Origin: the human T2T-CHM13v2.0 reference genome, Homo sapiens
DNA length: 64,000 bases
Strand: one strand, 5' to 3'
NCBI RefSeq assembly: GCF_009914755.1
Contig: NC_060945.1
Under the pieces are notes generated by a model. That model ran no database searches. It worked only from the letters and a program-made list of their open reading frames with translations, and had not been told where the DNA came from. The first letter of the stretch is position 1. Each line of letters starts with the position of its first letter. Positions 42,643-56,530 of this stretch are shown piece by piece. The position numbers and the translations under genes are program-made.

Positions 42643-45600
42643 TAAGACCATATTAAAAATAAGCACAGGCTTTTAACAATACCAGTGATGCAATATAAAG
42701 ATGTTTACAAACAACTAAAAACACTGATTAAATTATGCTACTACACAATGAAAATTATTATATTACATTTTGTGTTTAATCAAAATAAGCTTATTTTCTT
42801 TCCATGTATATTAGTTTACATTTAAACTATATTTTATCTTCAGAAACATTTCGACATAACTTACAAAACTCCCAGTTCGGTAGTGGCAATTTGCTAGTTA
42901 TTAAAATACATTTTTTAAAATGTATAATTTAATTTTTAGTATCTTTTTTCTCATTCAGACATGATCTAGTATTGTTGATAATTTATAGGGCCACTTTATC
43001 TAAATAAGTTACTGAAAGTACTTCCAGTTTTTTACAATAAATAGATAAGAGCACAAAGATAATTGCAATACATTTTTGTAGCTTCTAAACATTTTATCAT
43101 TCTGTATTTACATTTTAATTTGATTTTTAGTTTATATTTTAGTTATTGATACATATTTGGCCACAAGTACTAAAATTGTGTCTTGATTAGCTAGATATAA
43201 TTTGCAGTTGTCAATTCTCTTATATAAATTATTTACTTGAAAATCCAATGCTAAATATAAAGTTTTATTTTGAGAATTATGCTCACAACTCGTGTGTGTG
43301 TGGGTGTGTGCCTGTGTGTGTATGTTTGTGTGCGTGTTTATTTCCTTTATCCTTCAGCTCTTAAAGAGGAGGGACATTTAAAAATTTTATAGTCATCAAA
43401 GTCTTCTTTACTTGAGAAAATGTTTAAGAAACGCATTGAAATATACATATTTTGGAATTATTGCCATCAGAAGGAATGTTTCACTTGGTTCCATGAACTC
43501 CCTGAAGAGCATCCTCGAATGTCCAGATCATTAGTAAGACCTTGGAGATTTAGCAGCCTTTCAATAATTCTTAATAGTACTACAGGTGTTTTTAAGATCA
43601 TATTAAATAAAGCCACTGACAATTTAATTTTTTAAAAAGAAAATAATAAAATATATTTGAAGGGTTTGAAGGATCCACAGGGCAGAATAGATGATGTATA
43701 AAATGAGGTTTGTGAGTCGGTCTTCTTCATTAAATTTTAGTTCACTATTTTTCACTAATCAATTCAAAGACTCTAAGTACTTCTTTTTTATAGTAGAAGT
43801 AATAGAAGTTGGTACAAGTGGGACAAAAAATAGGACTTCTGATACTGGATCTTGCTGTAAAATAAAAGCTGCAAGTTTATTTTCACTCTTGTTGAAGCCA
43901 AAAATGGCCATTTTGGGTTAACATCAAGAATGTAAATTCCAACCAAATGAACATATTGGGGATGAAAAAATATAAGTTGATAAAACATGAAACACAACAA
44001 TTTAAAGAACAAACATTTTGAAAAAATATTTAATAGTTATATTAATGAATATTTATTTTAAAATAAATTTATAATATTTGTTTTCTTTTTCTTTACATAA
44101 AAACTAAAATAGTTTTATAATTTATGCCTATTTTTCTGACACTCATGCAGGAAGTATTTTAAAGTGCATAAATAGTTACTAAAATCCAATCCATTCACAA
44201 TCTTTTGAAATATTTAATTAATATTTATGTAAATTGTTTTTATCACAAGACAATAATTTTTCTCCATTTTCTTGTGTTTTGATGTTAGAGGGACACATTT
44301 TCTTTCTAGTTAATGTAATAAGAAAAGTTAATGAGAATCTATTTTTAATAAACATGTCTAAGAATAAAACATTAAAATCTGTCCCTAAGGGTTATAATTG
44401 TGAAATGTTCTAATTGCACACATAATCAATTTTGATGCACCAAAATTAATTTCAACATCAAAAAATAATATTTCTTAACTAGCCTCTTTTTTGTGTATAT
44501 ATATTATGTGCAATTAACTTTGGTAGACTGAGAAGATAGCTAGCTTCTGGTGAGAGTCTATTATAGTGAACTGGTCTCATAGGCACATTCCAGCTACCTG
44601 AACTGCTTAAACATCAAAACCCTCAAGGGCCAAATAGAACCAGGTACAGATTATACACCCAATTACTATTTCTAAATAATAATGAGAAGCTGATATGTCT
44701 TGCCCCAACATAACTAGTGAAATTCTGGTAACCAAGTATCATTTATATGTAGTTTATATATTCCATGGTGTTCCTCATTGGATCCCCAGAATTCTCCAGG
44801 CAGTTCTAGAGATTAGCATGTGGTCAATCCAGGCCAGCAGATACTAACTCATATGTTATAGATAATTTCAGCTGTTTAAAGCATTTCGTGATATAGAAAC
44901 ACTCTGGCCATCACAATCTCTTACCAAGTGGCCCCATCTCCCTCTCTAGCTTGTTGGTTTACTTTCCTACTGCTCCCAGCCCTGGGGCCCGCTGTGCTTT
45001 ACTCAGCTTTATGATGAAGGCCTTCTAATTCTTCCTCCAAAACCTGGACCTCCCTCACCTTCAGGCCCTTGATACTCTTTGCAATGCTTTCTACACAGTC
45101 TTTTTGTGAGACCACCCCTTCTCATCACAGATCCATACTCACCTTCTCAGGGAGACCTTCTTTCAACATTGTCGGGGAGGAAACATTTCTCCCGTATCCT
45201 GTTGGCATCTCTGGCTGGGCCTAAGAATTAAACTGACATAAAACATATTAACAGGAGAAAAGAATACAACTTTTTTAAGACGTTGGGTGGCATGTTCTAA
45301 ACTCCTTGAATATCCTACCTATGAGAGTCCGCCTCATGGCAGTGCACACAGGCTGATATATTATTTCTCCTCTGTTTCTCCCATTTAAATGTAAAGCACG
45401 TGAGATCAGAAACAGCGTATTTCCAGTTCCTTAAACTATGTTTGTCGCATGTTATTCTGGCTTACATTTGCGAATTTACATTTGCATTTACATTTGTGAA
45501 TTCATAACAATGAATTTACCTTATTAGCCTCATCACTTAGATAAGCAAAACAATTAGATTTGAAAAAATAGTTTAAATATTGAAGTCATTTTACGTATAT

Positions 45601-46794
45601 TGGTGGATATTATTTATATTCAGAATGATCCATACACACTCGATCATTGTGTGATAAATGTCAGCTCTACAAAGGTCACCAAAGAGTCACCTAATTTTTA
45701 ATTACTGTTGATATTGAAAGGTTGATAAGATCAAACCTAGTCTGTGTCTCCAGACTTTCATGTTGTCAATGTGTCATAAAAACATATAGGCCATATCTTG
45801 CATTTTCTATTAATGTGACAAACACCATGCTTTTGAAGCCATCTTTTCCCAGTTGCTGGTACAGCTTAATGGCTGTAGAAAGTCTATATTTGTATCATTT
45901 TATTGTTTTTTCTTCTTTTTCTTTTTAGGTTTCAAAAATATCTTGAGAAATTACATAGAAACCGAATAATACTCAAAGAAAAAAACATTCCTCACCTTCC
46001 AATTAATGTACAAATTATACCTAAAAGGAAATTTTACAGCAGTTGATGTTTTTTATCAGCAATAATATAGCTTATCATCTGCTTTGGGGAACATAATTTG
46101 GAGAATTTATTTTCTTCCCCATTTTTTCAGGTTAACCAAGCCTAACTCTTCTTTTCAAATTACACTGAAACTTGAAGAATTAATCATTTGGGGTAGATGA
46201 TGCTCCAGGGTGCTTTTGAGAATGTGAATCACCTTTAAACCCATGGTGTTGCTCTGAACATGAGGCCACCAATCCTGCCCTGAGCCATAATTCAAATTTT
46301 TCTGAGCCTTGACCACTAGTTCTAGTGACAAATGGAACAGATTCTACAAACTACCTTGCACAAATAATGCTTTTGGATTCCTTGTTGTACTCACTTGCAG
46401 AGCTAAAAGACCCATTTGTCTTCTAACCCTTAAGGACAAAAATGCATTAGTCTTTCTACTTCTAATCCAATCAGTGCCATTTTTCTCTTGTGAGTGAATG
46501 GTTGTGCGGAGCCTCTGTCTGTCATTTTAACCACTGGCTTATGAAAGCTTTCAGTGTGATTCAGAACTCTATATTCTCCTGTAACCTTCATCACAGGACT
46601 TTAGTTGAAAAGAAAAAGGGAGATGCCTCAGAATAAAGCTGTTTTTAATCTTAGTGGTGTCTTAACTTTATATAGCACTTCAAGGAATAAAATCACTATG
46701 TTAAATGATCTATATGATAGAATAACAGGTAATATTAATTTTTACAAAATATAAAATATATTTGTTAAATTAAAATGTTCTAATTAGTTTGAAT

Positions 46795-46960
46795 GGAAGC
46801 ATAGTGTACCGGTCAAGACCATGAACTTAGAACACAGATACCTGGGTTTAAATCTCAACCAGAGCCAAGACCTCACTGTGGGGCTGTGGGCCAATTCTTT
46901 AATTATGTTGTGATGATCACCTCTGTTTCCTCAATTACGAGATGTTAATAAGAACAGTAG
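46795..46960 (+). mobile_element. MIR remnant
   Basis: agcatagtg...cctgggtttaaatctc...ctctgtttcctca...gatgttaata. Confidence 0.6.
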
Positions 46961-48365
46961 GTATATAAGTGACAAATTTAGGTATCCTGTGTTTCTGGAT
47001 ACCTCAAATATGTATCTATGTTTTACCTCATGTAGATTTTAAATTATTTACAGAAAATTTTGATGAATCAAACTGTGCCCAACGTTAGTTTGCACATACT
47101 TTGTGTCTAACAAATAACAATTGAGTGCTTGATTTTGAAATTTAAAAAAGCTAAATTTATTATTAATTTTGTCATACAAATTTTGTGCTGATCATGATAG
47201 CAGAGTTTGGCTAATTGGGAAAATATTCTTTAAAATTATAAGGGAGATGTTCTTGGTAGCCAGCCACTCCCGAACATACTTCTTATAAACTTCCAGGAAA
47301 TTCTGCTATGACTGTTGCAATTAAGGGTGTATAATAAAGAACTACATTGGCAGAGTATCCCATATGTCTTTGTCTTGGTCTCAACTTAGATGGTATCTCA
47401 TAATCAGGAGTTCTGATTTTGGATCCAACTTAGTACCCTCCTTAGCACTGGTTACTTCCCTCTTAACACAGTGACCAATACTTCAGGAAGAGGGAGCTAG
47501 ACTAAGAGGCTATGATACAGTATAGAATGATAATAGCTACTACTGAACTGCCAAGTCAGCAGGTGATTTAATGAAAGATATATTGCATCAGACAAAAAGC
47601 AGATGCAAATCAGATTAATTAAAGAGAATGTGGAATGATAAGTTCTAGGCAAATGTTGGCATACAACATTCTAATTTTCCCATTCTATTTTGGGGCTAAA
47701 GATGATTTCATGTTTGCTCTACTATTGTTAGATGTTACTGTTCTATAAATGTCAACAAGGACAAGTCAGTTAATAGCATCCTTCTGAGTCTGCTAAGTTT
47801 CTATCTACTCTTTCTATTAATTAGAGAGGAGAGTTGAAATCTGTGAGCATGACTTTATATTTTTCTATTTTTCCTTGCAGTTATATCAGTTGTGTGCCAT
47901 ATACCTTGAAGTACAGTTACAAGATTTATAAACATTTAGATGTTCATGTGTTCTTATTGAATTGATAACTTTATTATTTTAAAATGACCCTCTAGGAATG
48001 TTCTTTATTCGAAATCTATTTTGTCTTATAATAATATAGCCATTCCAGGTTTCTCTTGATTGTTCTTAGCAAAATTTTAATTATATTTGCTAAATAAAAA
48101 GTTCTAATTATACTTAAAGTGAGTTTCTTGTAACAGCATATAGGTAGGCCTTGTCCTTTTTATGCAATATGACAATCTGCATTTTAATGGGCATTGAAAC
48201 CGCTTAATCTAATGTATTATTGACATCTTCGAGTTTAAATAAATTTACTATCTTGCTATTTCTTTTCTATTTGTCCTACTTGTAGTTTGTATCATCTTTC
48301 CTGTTTTTTTTTGTTTGTTTTTGTTTTTTTTAAGTGCCTTATATGTATAAATCAATGATTTTTTT

Positions 48366-48418
48366 AACTGCTCCTTGCAGAGAAGGGCCACCCATAGGAA
48401 GTGTGCTTTGAGTAGCCC
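48366..48418 (-). other. 53-nt TSD-flanked tailless retro-insert, probably ERV1 LTR R-region-derived
   Basis: GC-richer insert between direct repeats caatgatttttt (48353-48364 and 48419-48430). Confidence 0.7.
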
Positions 48419-49992
48419 CAATGATTTTTTGTGATTCTGTTTTATCAACTTTTTTGGCTTATTAGCTAGGATGTGTATGTGTGAGCTAGGATGTGTATGC
48501 GTGTATGTATGTTTGTTGTCTTAGTAGTTGCTTCATGATTTATAATATATATCTTTAACTTTTTACAATCTACATCCAATAATATTATACCGTTTATGTG
48601 TAGTGAAAGAACCTTACAAAGATATGTTTTTATTTAAAATCCCCTGACCTTTGTACTGTTGTTCCCATGTACTGTGTGTCTATATGGTCCACAATACAAT
48701 TATTTTTAAATAGCTATTACCTTCAAGCATATTTAAATAAGAAAATTATTTTACATTTAACTCTGTAATTATCATTTATGCTTTTTGATTTTCTTTATTT
48801 TCTTGTGTGGATCCAGATTTCTCTCCAGTATTTCTTGCCTCCATTTCAAACACTTCCTTCTACTGGCTATAAATTCTGTCAATAACCCTTTGTTGAAAAT
48901 GTCCTTATTTCATCTATATTTTAAAATACATTTCTACTAGGTAAAGAATTCTAGGTGAACAGTTATTGTCTTCAGTACTTTAAACTTTTTGTTTCATTAT
49001 CTGAAGATGCTCATATTGCATATGATAACAAATGGTTTTTTAAAAAAATTTACTTTGTGTATAATATGTATGTTTTTCTGGCTGCTTTTAAGATTTTCTT
49101 AAATATTTTGTAAAGATGTTTAAGGTTTTAAAAAGATTTTCTTAAAATGAACGACAAACACATTTTAAGCACTTTGGGTACGATAGACTTTGGTCAAATT
49201 TTGTTCATTTTGTTGTACTTCAGTTTCTTAACCTTCCTTGATTTTGGAGTTTAGTGTTTCTTCCACTTGGACAAATTTTGACTATTATTTCTTCAATTTT
49301 CTGTGTGTTTGGTCCTGTTTCTCTCCCTCTCCCTTGAGAGCTTCAATTACATATAAATCAGGCCAATAACCTGAAGTTACTCCATATCTCACTGATGCTT
49401 TTCACCTTATTCCAGTCTTTTTCTCTTTGATTTTTACCATAGATTCTATTTATTTTCAGATTAATTAATGCTTCCTCCTTCAATGTTTACGCATTTGTTT
49501 TTCCAGATAAGTGCATTTTTTACCTCAGATATTAAAGCTTTTATTTATAAATGTGTGATTTGGGACTTTTTAAATATCCGTGTCTTTAGTTACCATGAGC
49601 AGTCTTTTTGCTGGCTTCTGGGAGATATAATAATAACTATTTTAATAATTTTGCTGTTAATATCTTCATCTTTTCTGGGTCATAATTTATTGATTTTTTT
49701 CAGTATTATGAATTACCTTTTCCTTCTTCTTTACCTTACTGGTAAATCTCAACTGAATGACATATATTAAGAATTGGCATTTTCGGGGTCCTGGATACTT
49801 TGTATTCCTATAAAAAATATTTAGCTTTGCTCCAGTATGTAATTAAGAAATATGATGTATTACTCACCATATTAGTTTTTAAGTTTGTTAAGGACCAGAA
49901 TAACATTTATTCCACAGTCAATTTGAATAATTATCATATTGTAAGAATATCAAAAAAACTTCAATATATTCTGTATCATGGCTCATGAATTA

Positions 49993-50077
49993 CAGGTTCA
50001 GCATCCCAAATCTAAAACAATCTGAAATCAGAGACATTTTTGGTCCTAAGCATTTAGACTAAGGGATATTCAAACTG
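49993..50077. mobile_element. Tigger4/MER46-like miniature DNA transposon
   Basis: TIRs caggttcagcatccc and gggatattcaaactg, with TA on both sides. Confidence 0.8.
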
Positions 50078-53000
50078 TATCAGGTCTCCTCTCTAACTTG
50101 TAAGAATAGGCACTATGCCGTATATTGACTACATTTACTTTTGCCTGTAATTTTTTTGGGCAGTTCTTTCCATAATTTTCTCTCTATAAAGTACTCTACT
50201 CTCTGGTGGTCTGCCCTAGGAACTCTAACTGCCTTGGTCTCTCCAGATTCCCAACTCAGTTCCAGCTCAACTCAGTGATCCTTTGCTTGACCTGGATTGC
50301 TACTCCTTATGTTGCAGCCTGGAAATTTTCTCTAACCAGTAACTAAACTGGGCTTTGCTGATGGAAAATCTAGGACATTCACTCTCAGAGATCATTTACT
50401 CTTAAAAACTTTTATTGACTCAGGATCAAGTAGAACCAAGTCTCACTTAAGATTTGACAGAGCTATCACTGTACAAAGAAATTTTTAATAAAATGTATTT
50501 TCAAAATGAATTATTGAAACTAAATGAAAGTGACAGGCTCCAGAAAAAACAAGAAAAATATGTTATTCTGAAAGCAAATGTAGCTTTTAATAGAAAACAT
50601 CCAAAGATAAATTAGGATTATTCATTTAGTCAAAGAACTGCTAGGGCAATTTTAATGGCTGTTTAATCTATTAATGGCACTAAAACAGACTCTTGATAAT
50701 CATTAAATCAAGGTAGTCTCAATTAAACTATAAGGATGTAGAACTAAAAAAAGGTAATATGATTTGTGCAAGGTGATATGATTTGATGCAAGAGTACTTA
50801 ATTCTGTTTATTAATTCTGGGATCTGGTCTCTATAACCATATTACATAAATTACATAAATAAATGATGTTAGTGAAGACATACTTAAAAATAATCACTAG
50901 AAAATATATTATATAGATGGTTACTCAATTTATTCATATGTAGGAACTTTTATTGTATCACTGCAAACTTTTTGGGCCATTTAGAACTGAATTGCCCCTC
51001 AAGTCCCATATTTGAAAACTGATCTGACAAAAGAATTATCTAAAAACTGGAAGTAAACGCTGAGCCTACTAATTTATGCCAGCTTCAATTCTCAAAATAT
51101 GCTATGTTCTTATTGCTAAGTCTAAGTGAGAACAGGTGTATTTAATTTGTATTTATTTCAGAACAGACGGCAATGTAATTTGTCATGCAAAATATCTATT
51201 ATAGTGTCATTGTGTTATATGGCTGTTATATAGACTTTGTGATCTGGACTAGCTAATGACAGTAGAAAGATTTAGCTAAAGATATAGTCATATACATGAT
51301 ATGTTTCTAAAGGAACTTGACTGAGAAGTGACCTCTTTCCTTTATTATTAGAATTTATTGACATTTTTTCATGCCACATTCAGCAATTTCATTTGTTTAA
51401 ATGCAAGCTATATTCATACACTTTATTCCATTTTTTAATAATTTGAAAAATATTGTTATGAATTTCAAAAGTTGCTCATAATTTTTATAAATTACTATCA
51501 TATAGCAGTCTATTCTTAAACAATAGACATAGAATTCTGTATGGACACAAATACTATTTTTCTACTTATTAGGTGTTATTTCTACTTCATATGCTAACAT
51601 TCTGAAAAACAGTAAATGACCTCTTGATACATTAAACTTTTTTTAACATCAAAGATTTTCCAATAAACTTTGTGCCTCTTAAAGGAATAATTTCAACATG
51701 CTAACTAATTTTCATAATTGTAAGCTGTCCAAGATAGCAGAAAGTGCCTGTTAGATTCTCAGAATATATCCTTTGTAGTCTCTGCCATTTATTTGTTATT
51801 TGACTTGAGGCTCTTTGAATTGATCAAACTGTATCTAGTTGTTCACAAAAGGCAGTTGGAATTGCATTAACTGTGACAACTCTCTGAAAGGGTGGTTTCT
51901 AGAATAAAATTATGTAGAATGGATAAAGATGTATTGAAAGTCACAAAATTTTTTCAAATTAACACTGACTGAGAAAAATGAAGTGTCATTGTTACTTGCA
52001 GAGGTTAGTGTATTGAAACTGGAGAGAAGAAAAATGAAAGCAATTGTCATATCACAAAGAGAATTTTGATTCTGATCATTTTATGTTATCTGGTCAAATT
52101 TGGGTATTTCAAAAGAAAAACTCTCTACAGTGTCTTAATTATGTTATAAAGTGTACAGAGCAGCTCAGCTTGTTCCCACATTAGTTTCTATTTATGGTGC
52201 ATTACAGAATTCTGCCATATTATGTTGAAGACTCAAAAAGAGCATTGATAACACATCACTTAAATGTGACACCTTAATATTGCCTTCTTATTGCTAAAAG
52301 TGCTCATAAAAATTTGATGAGATTAAATTGGTACCTTTTTACTTACTTTGGCTATTAAATTCAATTGATATTTGATCTTTTTATAGAAAGAAAGGAGGCA
52401 AAGTATAACTTTCAATGGTTTCCCCCCACCCCCCGAGGACTAATAACACTTGGAAGAAAGATTCAACACAACTAAACAAATTGGATGCAGCAAGAAAATC
52501 TCTTTCCTTGCCTTAATATCAAACACTACTCCAGGTGCAGCAAAAGCTTAAGTGTAGTAGGTTTAGCCCTGTAGCTCCACTTCCACTCAGAAGTTTTAGA
52601 GAAAAATTATAACTGGATGACACAGTACTCATTTTCCTTCTTATTCCCTTCTTTCAAAATGTACAGCTTACTTCATCACAGCCTCATCATTAGAGCATTT
52701 CCTTATGCATTACCTGTAGTCATCTCCTTGGTACTATTCAAAAGATGAACAGTTTACTTATCTCTCCCTTATAAGATCTAGTTATTCACTGAGAAATGTT
52801 CCTTAAAAATACTTACAGGATGAATGAGAACAAGTTATGTGAAAATACATAAGTTTCATTTAACCTCAACATCAAAGGGTATGTTGAAATCAAAGAAATT
52901 TTAAACGCCAAATAGTTATTATAAAATACATGTTTGAAAGCCCCTTGAGAACTTCATAAAATCAAGAAAGAGGAAATGGATGAGTCCTTAGCAACTCACA

Positions 53001-53959
53001 GAGCCAGTTTCACAACCTCCTGGCCTTGTGGCTTAGCTATACGAAATAGATGAAAAATAGAAAGCTTTTATTCATCACTCATGTTGTTCTCCAACTAAAG
53101 TCCTTTAAACAGAGAGGAAATGCAAATCCAAGTTGCCTTCTGTAAAAAAAAAAAGTCTGCAAACTGACATTTCAATGTCTTTATACATTGACCTCTAAAA
53201 CAGTATAAAGTAATAAAAACTGTTGGGTGAAGGATAAAGACAAGCAATAGCTTTATAACATATTCATAAAAGATGCCACAATACTGCCATCTACAGCTTC
53301 AGTATTTGCCATTTTTAGATATTACAATGCATGTTTCGTATTTTAAAATAAGAAGAACATGTGACTTGAGTTGTGTGAACATGTGATATGAGTTGAGGGT
53401 CATGTTGGGTGAACTGCTGTTAATAAAAGTATAAGTGGATTTCAGGATGGAGATGAAATGTTAACAATGAACAAATCAATTTATAATTATTTACATACAA
53501 CTGTAATTGAGGTTATTTATAATGTTTAAAATTAGTATGAAATTTACACCACCATTCTACATATTTCAGTTTTGATAATGGTCTGCTTGAAGAAAAGGAA
53601 AGAGAAAAAAGGAGACTCCAAAATCTTTTTCTTGTCAAAGAGACACACCAAGAAGATTGTCACTGCTCCTGTTTCTTTCCAAAGTCATTGATTGCCCTTG
53701 ACCTTAATACAGCCTCACATTAAGATCTATGGAGATGAACAGACTGTATTAGAAACTAATCTACTTTCAGAATTCTAGTGTCTTCTCAGACCCTGTATTG
53801 AAGATCTGGGATCAAACCTCACCACCATTTTCAGCTCCTGAAATACAAGGGTAAAAGACCTCGGTGAGAAATCATGCAAGCAGCCTTTCAATTCTAAATT
53901 AAACACCCTTTTTTGTTTGCTTTGTTTAACGGACGTGATAGAATAAATTTTCTGGTTAA

Positions 53960-54291
<332 letters not shown>

Positions 54292-54526
54292 AAAAATAGA
54301 CTTTATTTCTTAGAGCAGCTTTTCTATCCAAAGGTAAATGCTATTTTGCTATTTTATTCTTGTTTTGTTTTTAGTGAGAGTGCATATTGTACCACTCTTG
54401 CTTTGTTTTATTTGGCTGAATCTAAGGGGCAGATTGGCCTATACTACCCTTTGACTGTGCTGATTCTGTCTAGTAGGACAGGATAACAATGACTTGCTAC
54501 TATACAGAGAACTCACTAAGGAGAAT

Positions 54527-55278
54527 TCTTTTAACTTGTATTTTAAGTTCAGGGCTACAAATGCAGGTTTGTTCCATAGGTAAACTTGTGTCATGGGGGT
54601 TCGTTGTACAAATTATTTCATCACACAGGTATCAAGCCTAGTAACTATTAATTATTTTTCCTGATCTTCTTTCTCCTCCCACCCTCCAATCTCCAAAAGA
54701 CTCCAGTGTGTGTCGCTCCCTTCTGTGTGTCCATGTGTTCTCATCATTTAGCTCCCACTGATAAGTGAGAGAATATGCGATATTTGGTTTTCTTTTCCCG
54801 TGTTAGTTTGTTAAGGATAATGGCCTCCAGCTCCATCCATGTCCTTTCAAAGAACATGATCTTGTTCTTTTTTATGGCTGTATAGTATGCTATGGTATAT
54901 ATACACCACATTTTCTTTATCCAGTCTATTATTGATGGGCATTTAGGTTGATCCTTGTCTTTGCTATTTTGAATAGTGCTGCAATGAACACATGTGTGCA
55001 AGTGTCTTTATAATAGAATGATTTATATTTCTTTGGGTATATACCAAGTAATGGCATTTCTGGGTCAAATGGGATTTCTGTCTTTAGGTCTTTGAGGGAT
55101 CGCCACACTGTCTTCCAGGATTACCCAGCATCTATAAGGAGCTTAAACAAATTTACAAGAAAAAACACACACATTAAAAAAAGTGGGCAAAGGATGTGAA
55201 CAGACAATTCTCAAAAGAAGCCATACATACGGCCAACAATCATGCGAAAAAAAAGCTACATCACCGATCATTAGAGAA
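54527..55278 (-). mobile_element. L1PA13-like with short 5' inversion (minus to ~55117, plus ~55123-55278)
   Basis: 3'UTR ggtaaacttgtgtcatggggg; plus-strand ccagcatctataagg...cattagagaaa; aaggagaa core repeated at 54518 and 55279. Confidence 0.88.
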
Positions 55279-55759
55279 AAGGAGAACTTTTGCATATGCC
55301 TCACTCTATTGAAATCTCGTAATGTGGTTAATATTTTGTTTGTTTTTCATTAAAATTTCTATTGCTCTGGTGTTGCTGAATTTGGATAAATAACTTAGAC
55401 ACATCAAAGAGATTAGTCTGACAATTTTTATGTTAAGAATTATGGAATGTATTGATGGTTGATTGTCCATGTATTTCTGATCAAATAGTCAGAACACCTA
55501 AAAGACAGGCAAAGTTTCAGTATAGAAAACCAGGAAAACTGATCAATGATGAAAACAATATGGCAAAGCAATAACCATAGAAATAGACCCACTGAATGTT
55601 TCTCCCTGTCAGAAATCAGTGTTTCAATAAGCACAGGGCAGCCATTACTCTCCTTTGAAGAATCAGGCTCAGCTACTTCATCCCTTCCCTACTTCTCCAT
55701 TCCCCGCTCAGAGAGGGTAACATGCCTCTGAAATGGTTAAGATTAAGCAAGGCAATATG

Positions 55760-56530
55760 CCCTTAGGAACAAATAAGCAGAAGCAAATTGCCACACACTT
55801 TGTGGCTTAAAGCAGCAAAAATAACAAATACACATTTCATTGTAGTTCTGGAGGTCAGAAATTCAAAGCAGGTCTCACTGAGCCAAAATCAAGGTGTTAG
55901 GAGGCATGGGTTCTTTTTGGAGGCTCTAGCAGAGAATCTAGAGTTTCCTAGACTTTTCCACTTTCTAGAGGCCACCAGCATTCACTGGCTCCTGGTGTAT
56001 TCCTTCCTCAATTCAAAATGTATCACTCCACTTTGCTTCCTTTGTCATATCTCTTTTCTCTAATCTTTATATTTTTGCCTCCATCTTATAAGGAATTTTA
56101 TGATTACTTTGGGCCAATCTGGGAAATCTAGGATAAAATCTGGAGCACACTGGTTTGATCATGGCTCACTGTAGCCTCAAACTCCTAGGCTCAAGCAATC
56201 TTCCTGCCTCAGCCACTGAGTAGCTAGGACTATGGGCATGCACCCCCTTCACCTACCTAATTTTGTGTGTTTTGTAGAGATGGGATCTCCCTATGTCACC
56301 CAGGCTGGTCTGAACTCCTGGCCTCAAGCAATCCTCCTGCCTCAGCCTCTCAAATTATTGGGATTACAGGCATGAACCATTGCACCCAGCCTCAAGATAT
56401 TTAATTTAGTCATCTGTAAAGTTCCTTTTCCATATAAGGTAACATATTTACAGATTCTGGGGATTGGGACATAGATATTTTTGAAGGAGTGAGTGGGGCA
56501 GTGCTGTTAGAAATATTCAGTTTGCCACAA
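55760..56530 (-). mobile_element. MLT1 (C/D-like) LTR interrupted by AluJ
   Basis: gtggcttaaa...gttctggaggtcagaa...ataaggtaacatatttacagattctggggatt. Confidence 0.75.
56140..56391 (-). mobile_element. AluJ lacking its 3' end and tail
   Basis: gctcactgtagcctcaaactcctaggctcaagc...gaaccattgcacccagcc. Confidence 0.85.

Larger units (their letters stand above)
47650..50400 (-). mobile_element. Old L1M (MC/MD/ME-type), highly degenerate
   Basis: T-rich antisense L1 motifs gttctataaatgtcaa, atatagccattccag, aatatgacaatctg, agaattctagg; boundaries approximate. Confidence 0.6.

Noticed and set aside
43470-43540. Possible 63-bp exon (KECFTWFHELPEEHPRMSRSL)
   Set aside because: Weak polypyrimidine tract and no recognisable homology
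46980-47004. 8-bp hairpin AGGTATCC/GGATACCT
   Set aside because: Too short to exceed chance
48464-48503. 20-bp tandem duplication (also a ~19-bp one near 50752-50792)
   Set aside because: Ordinary slippage products with no further structure
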